A DNA stretch of 64,000 nt, from the IMG/VR virus record IMGVR_UViG_3300031088_000821; one strand, given 5' to 3'. Numbering within the stretch: the stretch's first letter is position 1; every line of letters starts with the position of its first letter. Source of the stretch: an uncultured virus (IMG/VR IMGVR_UViG_3300031088_000821) (taxonomy: Duplodnaviria; Heunggongvirae; Uroviricota; Caudoviricetes). This document shows positions 29,686 through 37,138 of the stretch, piece after piece. The notes beneath the pieces are model-generated. The model did not search any database, had not been told where the DNA came from, and was given only the letters and a program-made list of their open reading frames with translations. Made by a program: the position numbers and the translations under genes.

Positions 29686-29835
29686 CTCAGCGAGGCGTCT
29701 ACACCGGCCCTATATGGGCCAGTGTAGACGCCTTTCTGGTCTCTAGAGTTGAACTTTTTCTGAATCTGCTACTATCGCATGATGATAGGGCAGTCGCCGT
29801 AGTTCACCAAAAGTTGACTTTTTCTGTTCAGCTGA
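29686..29835. repeat. Intergenic hairpin element upstream of ssb, related to 7770-7925
   Basis: Hairpin AGGCGTCTACAC…GTGTAGACGCCT (29693-29733), then a long imperfect stem AACTTTT…AAAAGTT with GCATGAT loop. Confidence 0.6.
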
Positions 29836-29978
29836 GGAACTGCCTAAAAACATCTCAATTTTTTCTTAGATTTGTGGCAAAAACTACTGGAACCTCGATA
29901 GGGTGAATCCACGTTGCCGACCACTCAGGGGCAACACCAACCCGCAGCTGAAACTGCGAAGAGAAAAGGAATAAGAAA

Positions 29979-30548
29979 ATGGCTAAGGTATACTCCCCGA
30001 GAACTGTCGTTGGTACAGTAGTTGACGTTTACGCTCCCCGCGAGGTTGGCAAGGAAAACGCGACTGTCGTGAACTTCACTGTCGCGATCACCAGCTCTTA
30101 CAAGGATGGCGATGAGTGGGCAGATCTTCCCACCGAGTTCGTCCGCTGCACCGCTTGGAGGGACCTCGCCGATAATGTGGTCGAGTCCTTCAACAAGGGC
30201 GATCGGATCATCGTAATCGGCCAGTACAAGATGGACAAGGCCTACACCAATGGTGATGGCGAAGAGGTCGAGGGTCGGGCTACTCTCCACGCTGACTTCG
30301 TTGGCGTGGACATCACTTATGATGCCGCTCACTCCGAGCGTGAGGCTAAGAACAAGACCACAGCTCAGAGCGATGACGAGGACGAGGCACCACGCAAGTC
30401 CAAGAGCTCCTCCAAGGGCAAGGCCTCCAACCCCTCGAAGTCCAAGGCAAGCTCCAAGCCCGCCAAGAAGGAAAAGAAGGAAGAGAACATCTTCGATGAC
30501 GAGGACGATGTCTTCGGAGATGATGACGATGATGACATCTTCAGCTGA
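29979..30548 (+). CDS. ssb: Single-stranded DNA-binding protein
   Basis: VVNFTVA…FVRCTAWRDLADNVVESFNKGDRIIVIG OB fold; acidic C-terminus ending DDIFS. Confidence 0.9.
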   Translation: MAKVYSPRTVVGTVVDVYAPREVGKENATVVNFTVAITSSYKDGDEWADLPTEFVRCTAWRDLADNVVESFNKGDRIIVIGQYKMDKAYTNGDGEEVEGRATLHADFVGVDITYDAAHSEREAKNKTTAQSDDEDEAPRKSKSSSKGKASNPSKSKASSKPAKKEKKEENIFDDEDDVFGDDDDDDIFS

Positions 30549-30581
30549 TCTAGGATCTTGAAGCCTAGAGGGAACTAAGCA

Positions 30582-30620
30582 AAAGGGCTCAGCTAATCCA
30601 ATGGGTTAGCTGGGTCCTTT
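30582..30620 (+). terminator. Intrinsic terminator after ssb
   Basis: AAAGGGCTCAGCTAATCC…GGGTTAGCTGGGTCCTTT hairpin. Confidence 0.65.
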
Positions 30621-30704
30621 CCCATTGCGCCAACTCTCCCTTGGGTTCAGCCATAGAGAGCCATGTTAGCATAATCCATAGAGTAAGAACCAAGAGACGG
30701 GAAC

Positions 30705-31535
30705 ATGATGGTAAGACCAGAATCCAACGGCGCTGAAGCTGAGAGTCGAAGTGACGAGAGCTTGGCCAAGGATGAGATCGAACCTCGCATAGGTGCTTCC
30801 TTTGGAACCATCGAAGATGAGCCACACCAGAGCTTTGACGAAATCATTGCAGAACCTGGTGGAAGAACTGCTGGCGAGGGAACAAATCCACCAGCTCCCC
30901 GCCGTAAGCGTCGCGGACTAAAAGTGCTACTCGTCGCCATTGGTTTGGTGGTTCTGGTAGCCGGCGGCTTTGGCGTAAACTACGCTTTAGATGCCCATAA
31001 TGCTCAGATCGCCCAGGAGGAGCAACAGAAGCAAGTTCAGGAACGGGAGGCTAAAAAAGCGGAAGCCATCCGCGAAGCGGACAATCCGTTCTCAGTGCTT
31101 GTGGGGCAGGTTGATCCACCCTCGGCTTCCCCCGTGGAGTCGCAAGTGGACGGTGGCCAGCTAAAGGCGGGCGGCACAACGCTAACACTTAAGGACTCAA
31201 AGCTCACAGCGCCCGTCAACGGATGTGTAGTGGAGGATGGCGCTGATATCTGCCTAGCCGCCCAGGGCACAGTGGCAGATAGCGATGTTTCCATTTTTCT
31301 CGTAAAGGACATATCCCGAACTAGATTTCTAGAGAATCCTCTGAGCTTCCAAGAGCTCAAAAAGTCTGGTAGCACCATCGCTGCCTCCATGGAAATCGAT
31401 ATGGGAGATGGAGAGAGTCCGACTCCCGTTGGAGCTCTCACCGCCAGTGGTACAACGGGATTCATCCTCATTTTCCCGTCGGAGACCTCTGCCTCAAAGG
31501 TGGAGGAAGTACTTCAGGCAGCCACAGTAGTTTAG
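30705..31535 (+). CDS. Membrane-anchored hypothetical protein
   Basis: RRKRR followed by a TM helix and a short coiled coil. Confidence 0.7.
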   Translation: MMVRPESNGAEAESRSDESLAKDEIEPRIGASFGTIEDEPHQSFDEIIAEPGGRTAGEGTNPPAPRRKRRGLKVLLVAIGLVVLVAGGFGVNYALDAHNAQIAQEEQQKQVQEREAKKAEAIREADNPFSVLVGQVDPPSASPVESQVDGGQLKAGGTTLTLKDSKLTAPVNGCVVEDGADICLAAQGTVADSDVSIFLVKDISRTRFLENPLSFQELKKSGSTIAASMEIDMGDGESPTPVGALTASGTTGFILIFPSETSASKVEEVLQAATVV

Positions 31536-31555
31536 AAGATAAGGATAGCTAAAGC

Positions 31556-32575
31556 ATGACTCTAGGAGTGGTAGCGCTCTCGATCTACGTGCTGGGCTTC
31601 CCAATTCTCACTTGGGCTCTTGCCTTTCTTTACAAGAGAGTCATCGTTCGTAGAGCCGAAGAGAAGATCCTACGAAAGAAGCTTTCAAAAAAGCCGCCCC
31701 AGCCAGTGGGGCCAAAGTGGTGGAAGCGCTTTAAGTTTACCCTAAGGGATAAGAGGCAGCTCATTCTCGGTAGGGGCAAGAAGAAGGAAGAAAAAGCCAG
31801 TGGTTTCGGCATTCGTAGAAACCTACTCTGGTGGATTCTCTGGCTGGGCGGCCTAGGATTGGCTGCGGCGAGCTTCACGGGCCAGTGGAGCTTTATCTTC
31901 TGGTCGCTATTGGCCTATGTTGTCGCCTTCTCCTACGCAGTTCAATCTGCCCATAAGGTCGTAAAAAAGCAGGAATACGTGGTCGGTAAGATCTACGAGA
32001 TAGCCCAGCCTAAGCTTGGACTGCCCAATCAGGATCCCGCCGAAAGCCATGTCCGCATCATCGAATGGCGAGACTATGTGAAGCCCGATAAGGTGGAAAT
32101 CGATGTTCCCACTAACTTCTCTTCGGATGGAGAAGAGAGCTTCATGAAACAGTTCAATCAGGTTTTCGGCAGAGAGACCGCATGGGTGCCCGACAACAAG
32201 CTCGACGAGGGCAAAATGGGTTGGGACTACGAAGAGGGCAAGGTCACCATCAGGGCTGTGCCTCCCCTCCCCATGCGAGCACCTTGGGCTGCCCACTATG
32301 TTGACAATCCTGCCATCGCTTGGAGCTTCTTCCCCATCGCTCTCGGCGTGGAGAACGGCACTACCCTCACCCATCCAGAAACTGGCGAAAGGGAATACGT
32401 GCTGGGCTTCGATCTCTCCGGCAAGCAGGCCGATGCGGCTAAAGCAGCCGGAGAGGTGATGTCTACAAAGATCACGGTGTCTCCAATGGTGCTCGTGGGG
32501 GGCGGAACAGGAGGAGGAAAGTCCCTACCGGTGGCGGAAAAGGTCGCTGTTATTCGTAAGAAGTCAACGATCTAA
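31556..32575 (+). CDS. N-terminal half of an FtsK/SpoIIIE or coupling-protein-like ATPase, ending in a putative short N-intein
   Basis: TM helices, then IALG…VLGFDL…PMVLVGGGTGGGK (Walker A), then only SLPVAEKVAVIRKKSTI*. Confidence 0.7.
   Translation: MTLGVVALSIYVLGFPILTWALAFLYKRVIVRRAEEKILRKKLSKKPPQPVGPKWWKRFKFTLRDKRQLILGRGKKKEEKASGFGIRRNLLWWILWLGGLGLAAASFTGQWSFIFWSLLAYVVAFSYAVQSAHKVVKKQEYVVGKIYEIAQPKLGLPNQDPAESHVRIIEWRDYVKPDKVEIDVPTNFSSDGEESFMKQFNQVFGRETAWVPDNKLDEGKMGWDYEEGKVTIRAVPPLPMRAPWAAHYVDNPAIAWSFFPIALGVENGTTLTHPETGEREYVLGFDLSGKQADAAKAAGEVMSTKITVSPMVLVGGGTGGGKSLPVAEKVAVIRKKSTI
32522..32575 (+). other. Putative 17-aa split-intein N fragment (block A)
   Basis: S-L-P-x-x-E-x-V-x-V directly after the P-loop GK, a common intein insertion site. 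Confidence 0.6.
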
Positions 32576-32669
32576 GAGGTAAAGTGCGGCAAAGAGTTTT
32601 GGACTATCAAAGTACCATGTGAAAAAGATTCTGAATAGCTGGTGGAATCTGCTTCGATAGGATGGGTCT

Positions 32670-32831
32670 ATGAACACTAATATGCTTAATGAAAACATGA
32701 GAGACCTCAAGAACAGCTCTACCCGCGCCATTGCCATCGGCGAGCTCAAGAGCCTGGAAGCCCAGAAGCGGAGAGCCCGCCGGGGCGGTTTTAGGGCTCT
32801 GCTGGCCCGGCTCACCGGCAGAAATCACTGA
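32670..32831 (+). CDS. Small basic 53-aa protein, probably leaderless
   Basis: ATG 6 nt after TAGGAT (32658-32663); MNTNMLNENMRDLK…LARLTGRNH*. Confidence 0.55.
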   Translation: MNTNMLNENMRDLKNSSTRAIAIGELKSLEAQKRRARRGGFRALLARLTGRNH

Positions 32832-32914
32832 CCCCTTCGCACCGAAGCTCGGCCTCGATCTGGCGATGTTTAGAGATATGCTCCATAGGAAAAACTTTTA
32901 GAAGGAGCTAACAG

Positions 32915-34153
32915 ATGGCTGGTAGATTCCACAACGGCCCCAATGGCCCCGGGCTTTGCAAGTCGACGGGAGCTAGGGGCTGCCCCTTCGATCCCGAGGG
33001 CACGGGCGCTAATCATTTTGGCTCTATGGAGGAAGCTCAGGAAGCCTATGAAGCTGAGCTCACATCTGAACATGGGCTTGTAGCGACAGCTTCTAGGAAT
33101 CCTCGAGCTAAAGCTTGGACACCATCGCCCCACGAAGCGGCGCTCAAAGCTCGAAACGCAGAGCTTGCACGGCGGCTAGTGGAAGAGCGCGCCAAGGCCA
33201 ATGTGGACGATGGCGTTATGACCGAAGCCGAAGATCCCGCGAAGCTCGAAAGGGGCACTCGACGGCTCAAGGAAGCTGTTACCTTCGCAGAAAGCAGAGG
33301 TAACACTGCTCTCACAAACAAGCTCTCTAAGGCAAAGGTGCTCCCTTCTGGTTCCTTCAGGGATGGCAACACTCGCATCGGCACTGATAAGACCATTCGA
33401 ACATATGTGGCTGACAAGTATGTCGCCGAGGGTAGAGCAGAGATCGAGGGCGCCATTCAAGCCGCTATCGACAGGGGAGACATCACCGAAGGTAAGTACA
33501 TGCACAGGGATGAGGCAGCTACCTACAGCCTCACGGTTGCTCCCGGTTTGGATCGCGGCGCCTACGAGAGACTTCCCGAAAGCCTTAGGGAAAAGATTAG
33601 TTCTCCCCGGCAAAGCCCCTCCATTGATCTTGCAAAGGAAAAGCTTCCCGCCGATCTCTACGAGAAAATCACCACTGACAGCCAGGTGATGGATTTCGTG
33701 GTTTCAAAGACTCCCGACATAGGCCAGTGGCGCGCTGGTAGGCCTGTAACCGATATCAGCGGAGATAGCTCTGAGAGTAGAGCCGAATGGGGTCTCATGA
33801 ATCTCAGTGATTGGACAGCTCGAACGGATGCTACTTTCGGCTCTAAGAAGGAGCGCACAGCTGAGCTCAACCACGCCAAGGAAGTTATCAAGAGCTCTGC
33901 CGCAAAGCATGACGGCAACATTTTTTCACCCGGTAGGGCCTACGGCAACGGAGTGCTAGTCTCTGGCCGCAGGGTCCTCAATAGGGCAGCTATGGAGGAG
34001 CATCTCACGCCCGCACAGATCAAGTCCATTACCCGCAAGGAGCTTGCTCCCGACCCAGAGAAGGCCCGTAAGGTTCTTTCGGAAGCTGACTATAAAACTG
34101 TCTTTGAGAGGAACACCGCTTCTCTGAGAGTGACACCCAAGAGGGGAAAGTAA
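32915..34153 (+). CDS. Hypothetical protein with N-terminal H-C-C-H motif and internal duplication
   Basis: AAGGAG RBS; FHNGPNGPGLCKSTGARGCPF…NHFGSMEEAQ. Confidence 0.75.
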   Translation: MAGRFHNGPNGPGLCKSTGARGCPFDPEGTGANHFGSMEEAQEAYEAELTSEHGLVATASRNPRAKAWTPSPHEAALKARNAELARRLVEERAKANVDDGVMTEAEDPAKLERGTRRLKEAVTFAESRGNTALTNKLSKAKVLPSGSFRDGNTRIGTDKTIRTYVADKYVAEGRAEIEGAIQAAIDRGDITEGKYMHRDEAATYSLTVAPGLDRGAYERLPESLREKISSPRQSPSIDLAKEKLPADLYEKITTDSQVMDFVVSKTPDIGQWRAGRPVTDISGDSSESRAEWGLMNLSDWTARTDATFGSKKERTAELNHAKEVIKSSAAKHDGNIFSPGRAYGNGVLVSGRRVLNRAAMEEHLTPAQIKSITRKELAPDPEKARKVLSEADYKTVFERNTASLRVTPKRGK

Positions 34154-34215
34154 GACTGAATCGAAGACAGTTATCTTCGATAAGGTGACGCCACATCATC
34201 CAGGAAGGAACAGAA

Positions 34216-34455
34216 ATGGCCACTAATCTTGCCGAGGCCCTAGCCGAAGACATCATTTCCTCAGGGCTCGCCAATGGAGGAGACCTTCCTGGTCAGCTCA
34301 GATCTCTAGATGGCGATGTGCTCGTAGAGCTAAGCCAAGATGGCTCTACAATTTCCCTAGCGGAAGATGGCCAGTGGGTTCTCGACCTCTCCACCACCGA
34401 CGAGGACTTTAACGAAAAGTTCATTGCCAATCTGGCATCTCTGCTCAACTTTTAG
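34216..34455 (+). CDS. Small acidic hypothetical protein
   Basis: AGGAAGGA RBS; TAAGGT -10 at 34181. Confidence 0.65.
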   Translation: MATNLAEALAEDIISSGLANGGDLPGQLRSLDGDVLVELSQDGSTISLAEDGQWVLDLSTTDEDFNEKFIANLASLLNF

Positions 34456-34597
34456 CTCAGGCTTTTAGGTTTGGTGCAATTCGGGCGCACCAAAGAAAGG
34501 AGAATCTATGGGGACGACTATTCTCTAACCATAGCTATCCACGACGAGGGGAGATCATTTGACAGGAATTGGAAACAACTAATAGAACCCTATTCGC

Positions 34598-34631
34598 GAA
34601 GGTCCTGCAGCGTCATTGCTGCAGGACCTTC
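34598..34631. terminator. Strong hairpin, possible terminator
   Basis: GAAGGTCCTGCAGC-GTCATT-GCTGCAGGACCTTC perfect 14-bp stem. Confidence 0.6.
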
Positions 34632-34660
34632 CTTATTTACCCTCTGAGCGGCTATCTAAC

Positions 34661-34728
34661 GCGATCTGAGCGACCTGGGGCGCGCCTTGCAACAATGATA
34701 CGTCCGTCCTTTTTGGCCGCTTCAGATT
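34661..34728 (-). repeat. 68-nt intergenic hairpin element, copy C
   Basis: Reverse complement reads AATCTGAAGC…GGTCGCTCAGATCGC. Confidence 0.7.
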
Positions 34729-34758
34729 GTCGCTGAGCAAAGATGTTAAGATGTGCCC

Positions 34759-35583
34759 ATGGAAATCACCGAAAAGCTGCCACAGATCGCCGTTGACGGC
34801 CCCTGGCGCGTGGAGAGCTACAGAACGGAATTGAGGCCTCTCCGTAGTGGTGGAGATTATCTATTGGTGAACCTCTTGGAGGAATCGGCCCTGGGGTTCT
34901 ATGGTGAGTTCCAATCCACCCTTCGCCATCTAGTGGGCCAAGCGACCAGTGGTAAGCTCAGAGATTCCATAGAGCTCATCGCCTTCAATCGAAGAGACGC
35001 CTTAGATGAGCTCGCGAAGCTCAGGAGGCCTAAGCTGCCCGAAGAACTGCTTGAATCTTCTGGCTGGTCCCTGGGGGAGATTCTGGAGGCACTTATGGCC
35101 TACTGCGATGGTCTCGAAGAAGCGCTCCGGAAAACTCCCTATGGCTTGGCCAACAAGAAGTTCGATCTGCTGCTGCTCCCCTGCTTCGAAGATGATTTCC
35201 ACGCATCCCAAACGGGAATGCTTCTCCAGAAATTCCTAGAGCGGGCGGCAAAGCTCAGAGTTGTTCCTGTGCTTCTAGCTACTGATCCAGCCATCGTGGA
35301 CAGCTCTATTTCAGAGCTAATTTCCACGGAGATCTTCCTGGGCGCAGCCGCTATGCGCTTCTGCAGCGATAGCTATGCTATGGAGATAGCTCGTGGCAAC
35401 CCCACTATGGAGGTTGCTGGATTTGCCTTGAGGAGAAGCTTCGAAGGGGCAAGCATAGAAGAGATCCATGAGCTTCTCTACCAGCCAACTAGAGAAACGG
35501 CCGCCCGCCGGGAAGAGGATCGTCTGGAACAGGAGCTCTACCTGGCTTATCTAGATAACTTGAGGGAAAATGGACGACAATAA
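34759..35583 (+). CDS. Hypothetical protein, possibly a degenerate FtsK-like ATPase domain
   Basis: LLLLPCFED and RAAKLRVVPVLLATDP echo the FtsK Walker B and GRAxGIHLILATQRP motifs; no Walker A; ATG 6 nt after TAAGAT. Confidence 0.5.
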   Translation: MEITEKLPQIAVDGPWRVESYRTELRPLRSGGDYLLVNLLEESALGFYGEFQSTLRHLVGQATSGKLRDSIELIAFNRRDALDELAKLRRPKLPEELLESSGWSLGEILEALMAYCDGLEEALRKTPYGLANKKFDLLLLPCFEDDFHASQTGMLLQKFLERAAKLRVVPVLLATDPAIVDSSISELISTEIFLGAAAMRFCSDSYAMEIARGNPTMEVAGFALRRSFEGASIEEIHELLYQPTRETAARREEDRLEQELYLAYLDNLRENGRQ

Positions 35584-36271
35584 AGCTCTAAGCGAAGAAC
35601 CAGCCGTTGCAGGCTTAAAGCTCGCAGAAGACGAGTATCTCGAAATCATCACCATGGGCGAAGTGAAGTCCGGCGATGTGCTAGTGGGATCCCAGGGAAG
35701 AACCCAAGTGGTTGAAACCTTCGATGAGCACATTCCTCAGGACCTCTACTCGCTGGAAACCGATTCGGGTCTTATCTTTGAAGCCTCGGGCAACCATCTT
35801 ATCTACATAGTTCACGCCATGGATAGGGACCTTCACAAGCTAAGACTGGCGACGGGTAAAAGCCTAGCCCAGAAACTCTCCAAAGAGGTAGTAGCAGAGC
35901 TCAAGGAGCTAGCGGAGGCCGAATCTACCCAGAGCCTCTATGTGGCCAATTTCATAGAGCTCATTGGAGATAGCACTCCCCCGATGGCCAATGCTGTGGT
36001 CAGGACTGCGGAGAGCCTTGGTCCTATAGCCGAGTCCAATATCTACGTGGATGATTTAGACAGTCCCGAAGGTAGCCCTCTCTATGATTCCGCTACTCCT
36101 CTCTACAGCTCAAAGCTCATGGCTCAGCAGCTGCTTTCACTTTTCTCCATTGAAAAATCTCGAAAGCGATGGCCACTCATCGTGGGAAGAGTAGTGCCCG
36201 TTTCGGAGCTACTGGACTACGACCTAGAAGACGTCTACATTCCCGACCCCATTCAAGTGGAGAAAAGCTGA
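35570..36271 (+). CDS. Stand-alone partial Hint (intein) domain lacking blocks A, F and G
   Basis: ITMGEVKSGDVLVGSQG…LYSLETDSGLIFEASGNH (block B)…GRVVPVSEL; no N-terminal nucleophile block and no terminal HN. Confidence 0.75.
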   Translation: MDDNKALSEEPAVAGLKLAEDEYLEIITMGEVKSGDVLVGSQGRTQVVETFDEHIPQDLYSLETDSGLIFEASGNHLIYIVHAMDRDLHKLRLATGKSLAQKLSKEVVAELKELAEAESTQSLYVANFIELIGDSTPPMANAVVRTAESLGPIAESNIYVDDLDSPEGSPLYDSATPLYSSKLMAQQLLSLFSIEKSRKRWPLIVGRVVPVSELLDYDLEDVYIPDPIQVEKS

Positions 36272-37134
36272 TGGCAAAAACTCAGAAATCGAAGACGGCA
36301 ACTTTTCAAAGAGCGACTAAGAACAGCCAAAGGAAGAAGACCATTTGGCGGTGGAGCATCGGGATTGCTCTTGTGGTGATTTTTGGAATCTTCATCGGTT
36401 TCCTAAACCACAGCCAGAGCCAGAAAGCCGAAGAGCGGGAGAAAAGCCAACAGGAAGAGATCGCTAGCCTACCCGAAAACAAGCCCGATCTCATTTCCTC
36501 CACGGGCAGCTTCGCCATTGGGCAGGATGGCACCCCCATAGAGCCATCAGAGGCTAGGACCGATGTGCCTCGAGTGGAGTTCATCTTCGATCTCCACTGC
36601 CCCGGTTGCCACATGGTGGACACGGCACTCAATGAAAGCCTCGTGGACCATGTGAAGGACGGCTCCATTCAGCTCTGGCTAACTCCCGTGGCCTTCACGG
36701 CTTCCCATTCTACAGACTACTACTCGGATAGGGCGGCGTCCGCTCTGGTGACTGTTGCTCAAGACCAGCCAGAGAAACTGCTTCCCTTCATGGCTAAGCT
36801 CTACCAGGAATTCCCCGATTCCGGACCTTCCTATGAGCCCGTTTCCTATGAAACCATCGGATCCTGGGCTCAGGAAGTCGGAGTTTCGGCGGAGGTTGCT
36901 GATAGCTTCTCCGAGCAGAAATACCGCTGGTTTGCTACTGAAAATGTAGAGGTGCAGAAGAATCGTTTGGAGATCTTCCCAGCTGGAGAAATGACCACGC
37001 CTACAATCCTCATCGGCGGCAGCCAGGACGACATGGGTGTGCTCGAAGATTTCTATAGGGTGAGCTTCTCGGATTCGGACGTGGTCGGTACTTTCTCAAA
37101 GGCCTTCGAGGAGGCCACTGGCCAGAGCTGGTGA
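36271..37134 (+). CDS. Membrane-anchored DsbA-like thioredoxin-fold protein
   Basis: TM helix; FDLHCPGC active site; TTPT cis-Pro loop; ATG overlaps the upstream TGA. Confidence 0.8.
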   Translation: MAKTQKSKTATFQRATKNSQRKKTIWRWSIGIALVVIFGIFIGFLNHSQSQKAEEREKSQQEEIASLPENKPDLISSTGSFAIGQDGTPIEPSEARTDVPRVEFIFDLHCPGCHMVDTALNESLVDHVKDGSIQLWLTPVAFTASHSTDYYSDRAASALVTVAQDQPEKLLPFMAKLYQEFPDSGPSYEPVSYETIGSWAQEVGVSAEVADSFSEQKYRWFATENVEVQKNRLEIFPAGEMTTPTILIGGSQDDMGVLEDFYRVSFSDSDVVGTFSKAFEEATGQSW

Positions 37135-37138
37135 CCTC

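Noticed and set aside
32500..32670. Frameshift or sequencing error as the cause of the truncated FtsK-like gene
   Set aside because: Both alternative frames stop within about 20 codons, and no Walker B-containing continuation follows
34654..34751. 68-nt element as an integron attC site (ATCTAAC…GTTAAGA)
   Set aside because: The core sites are imperfect and absent from the other three copies, orientations are mixed, and there is no integrase in the window
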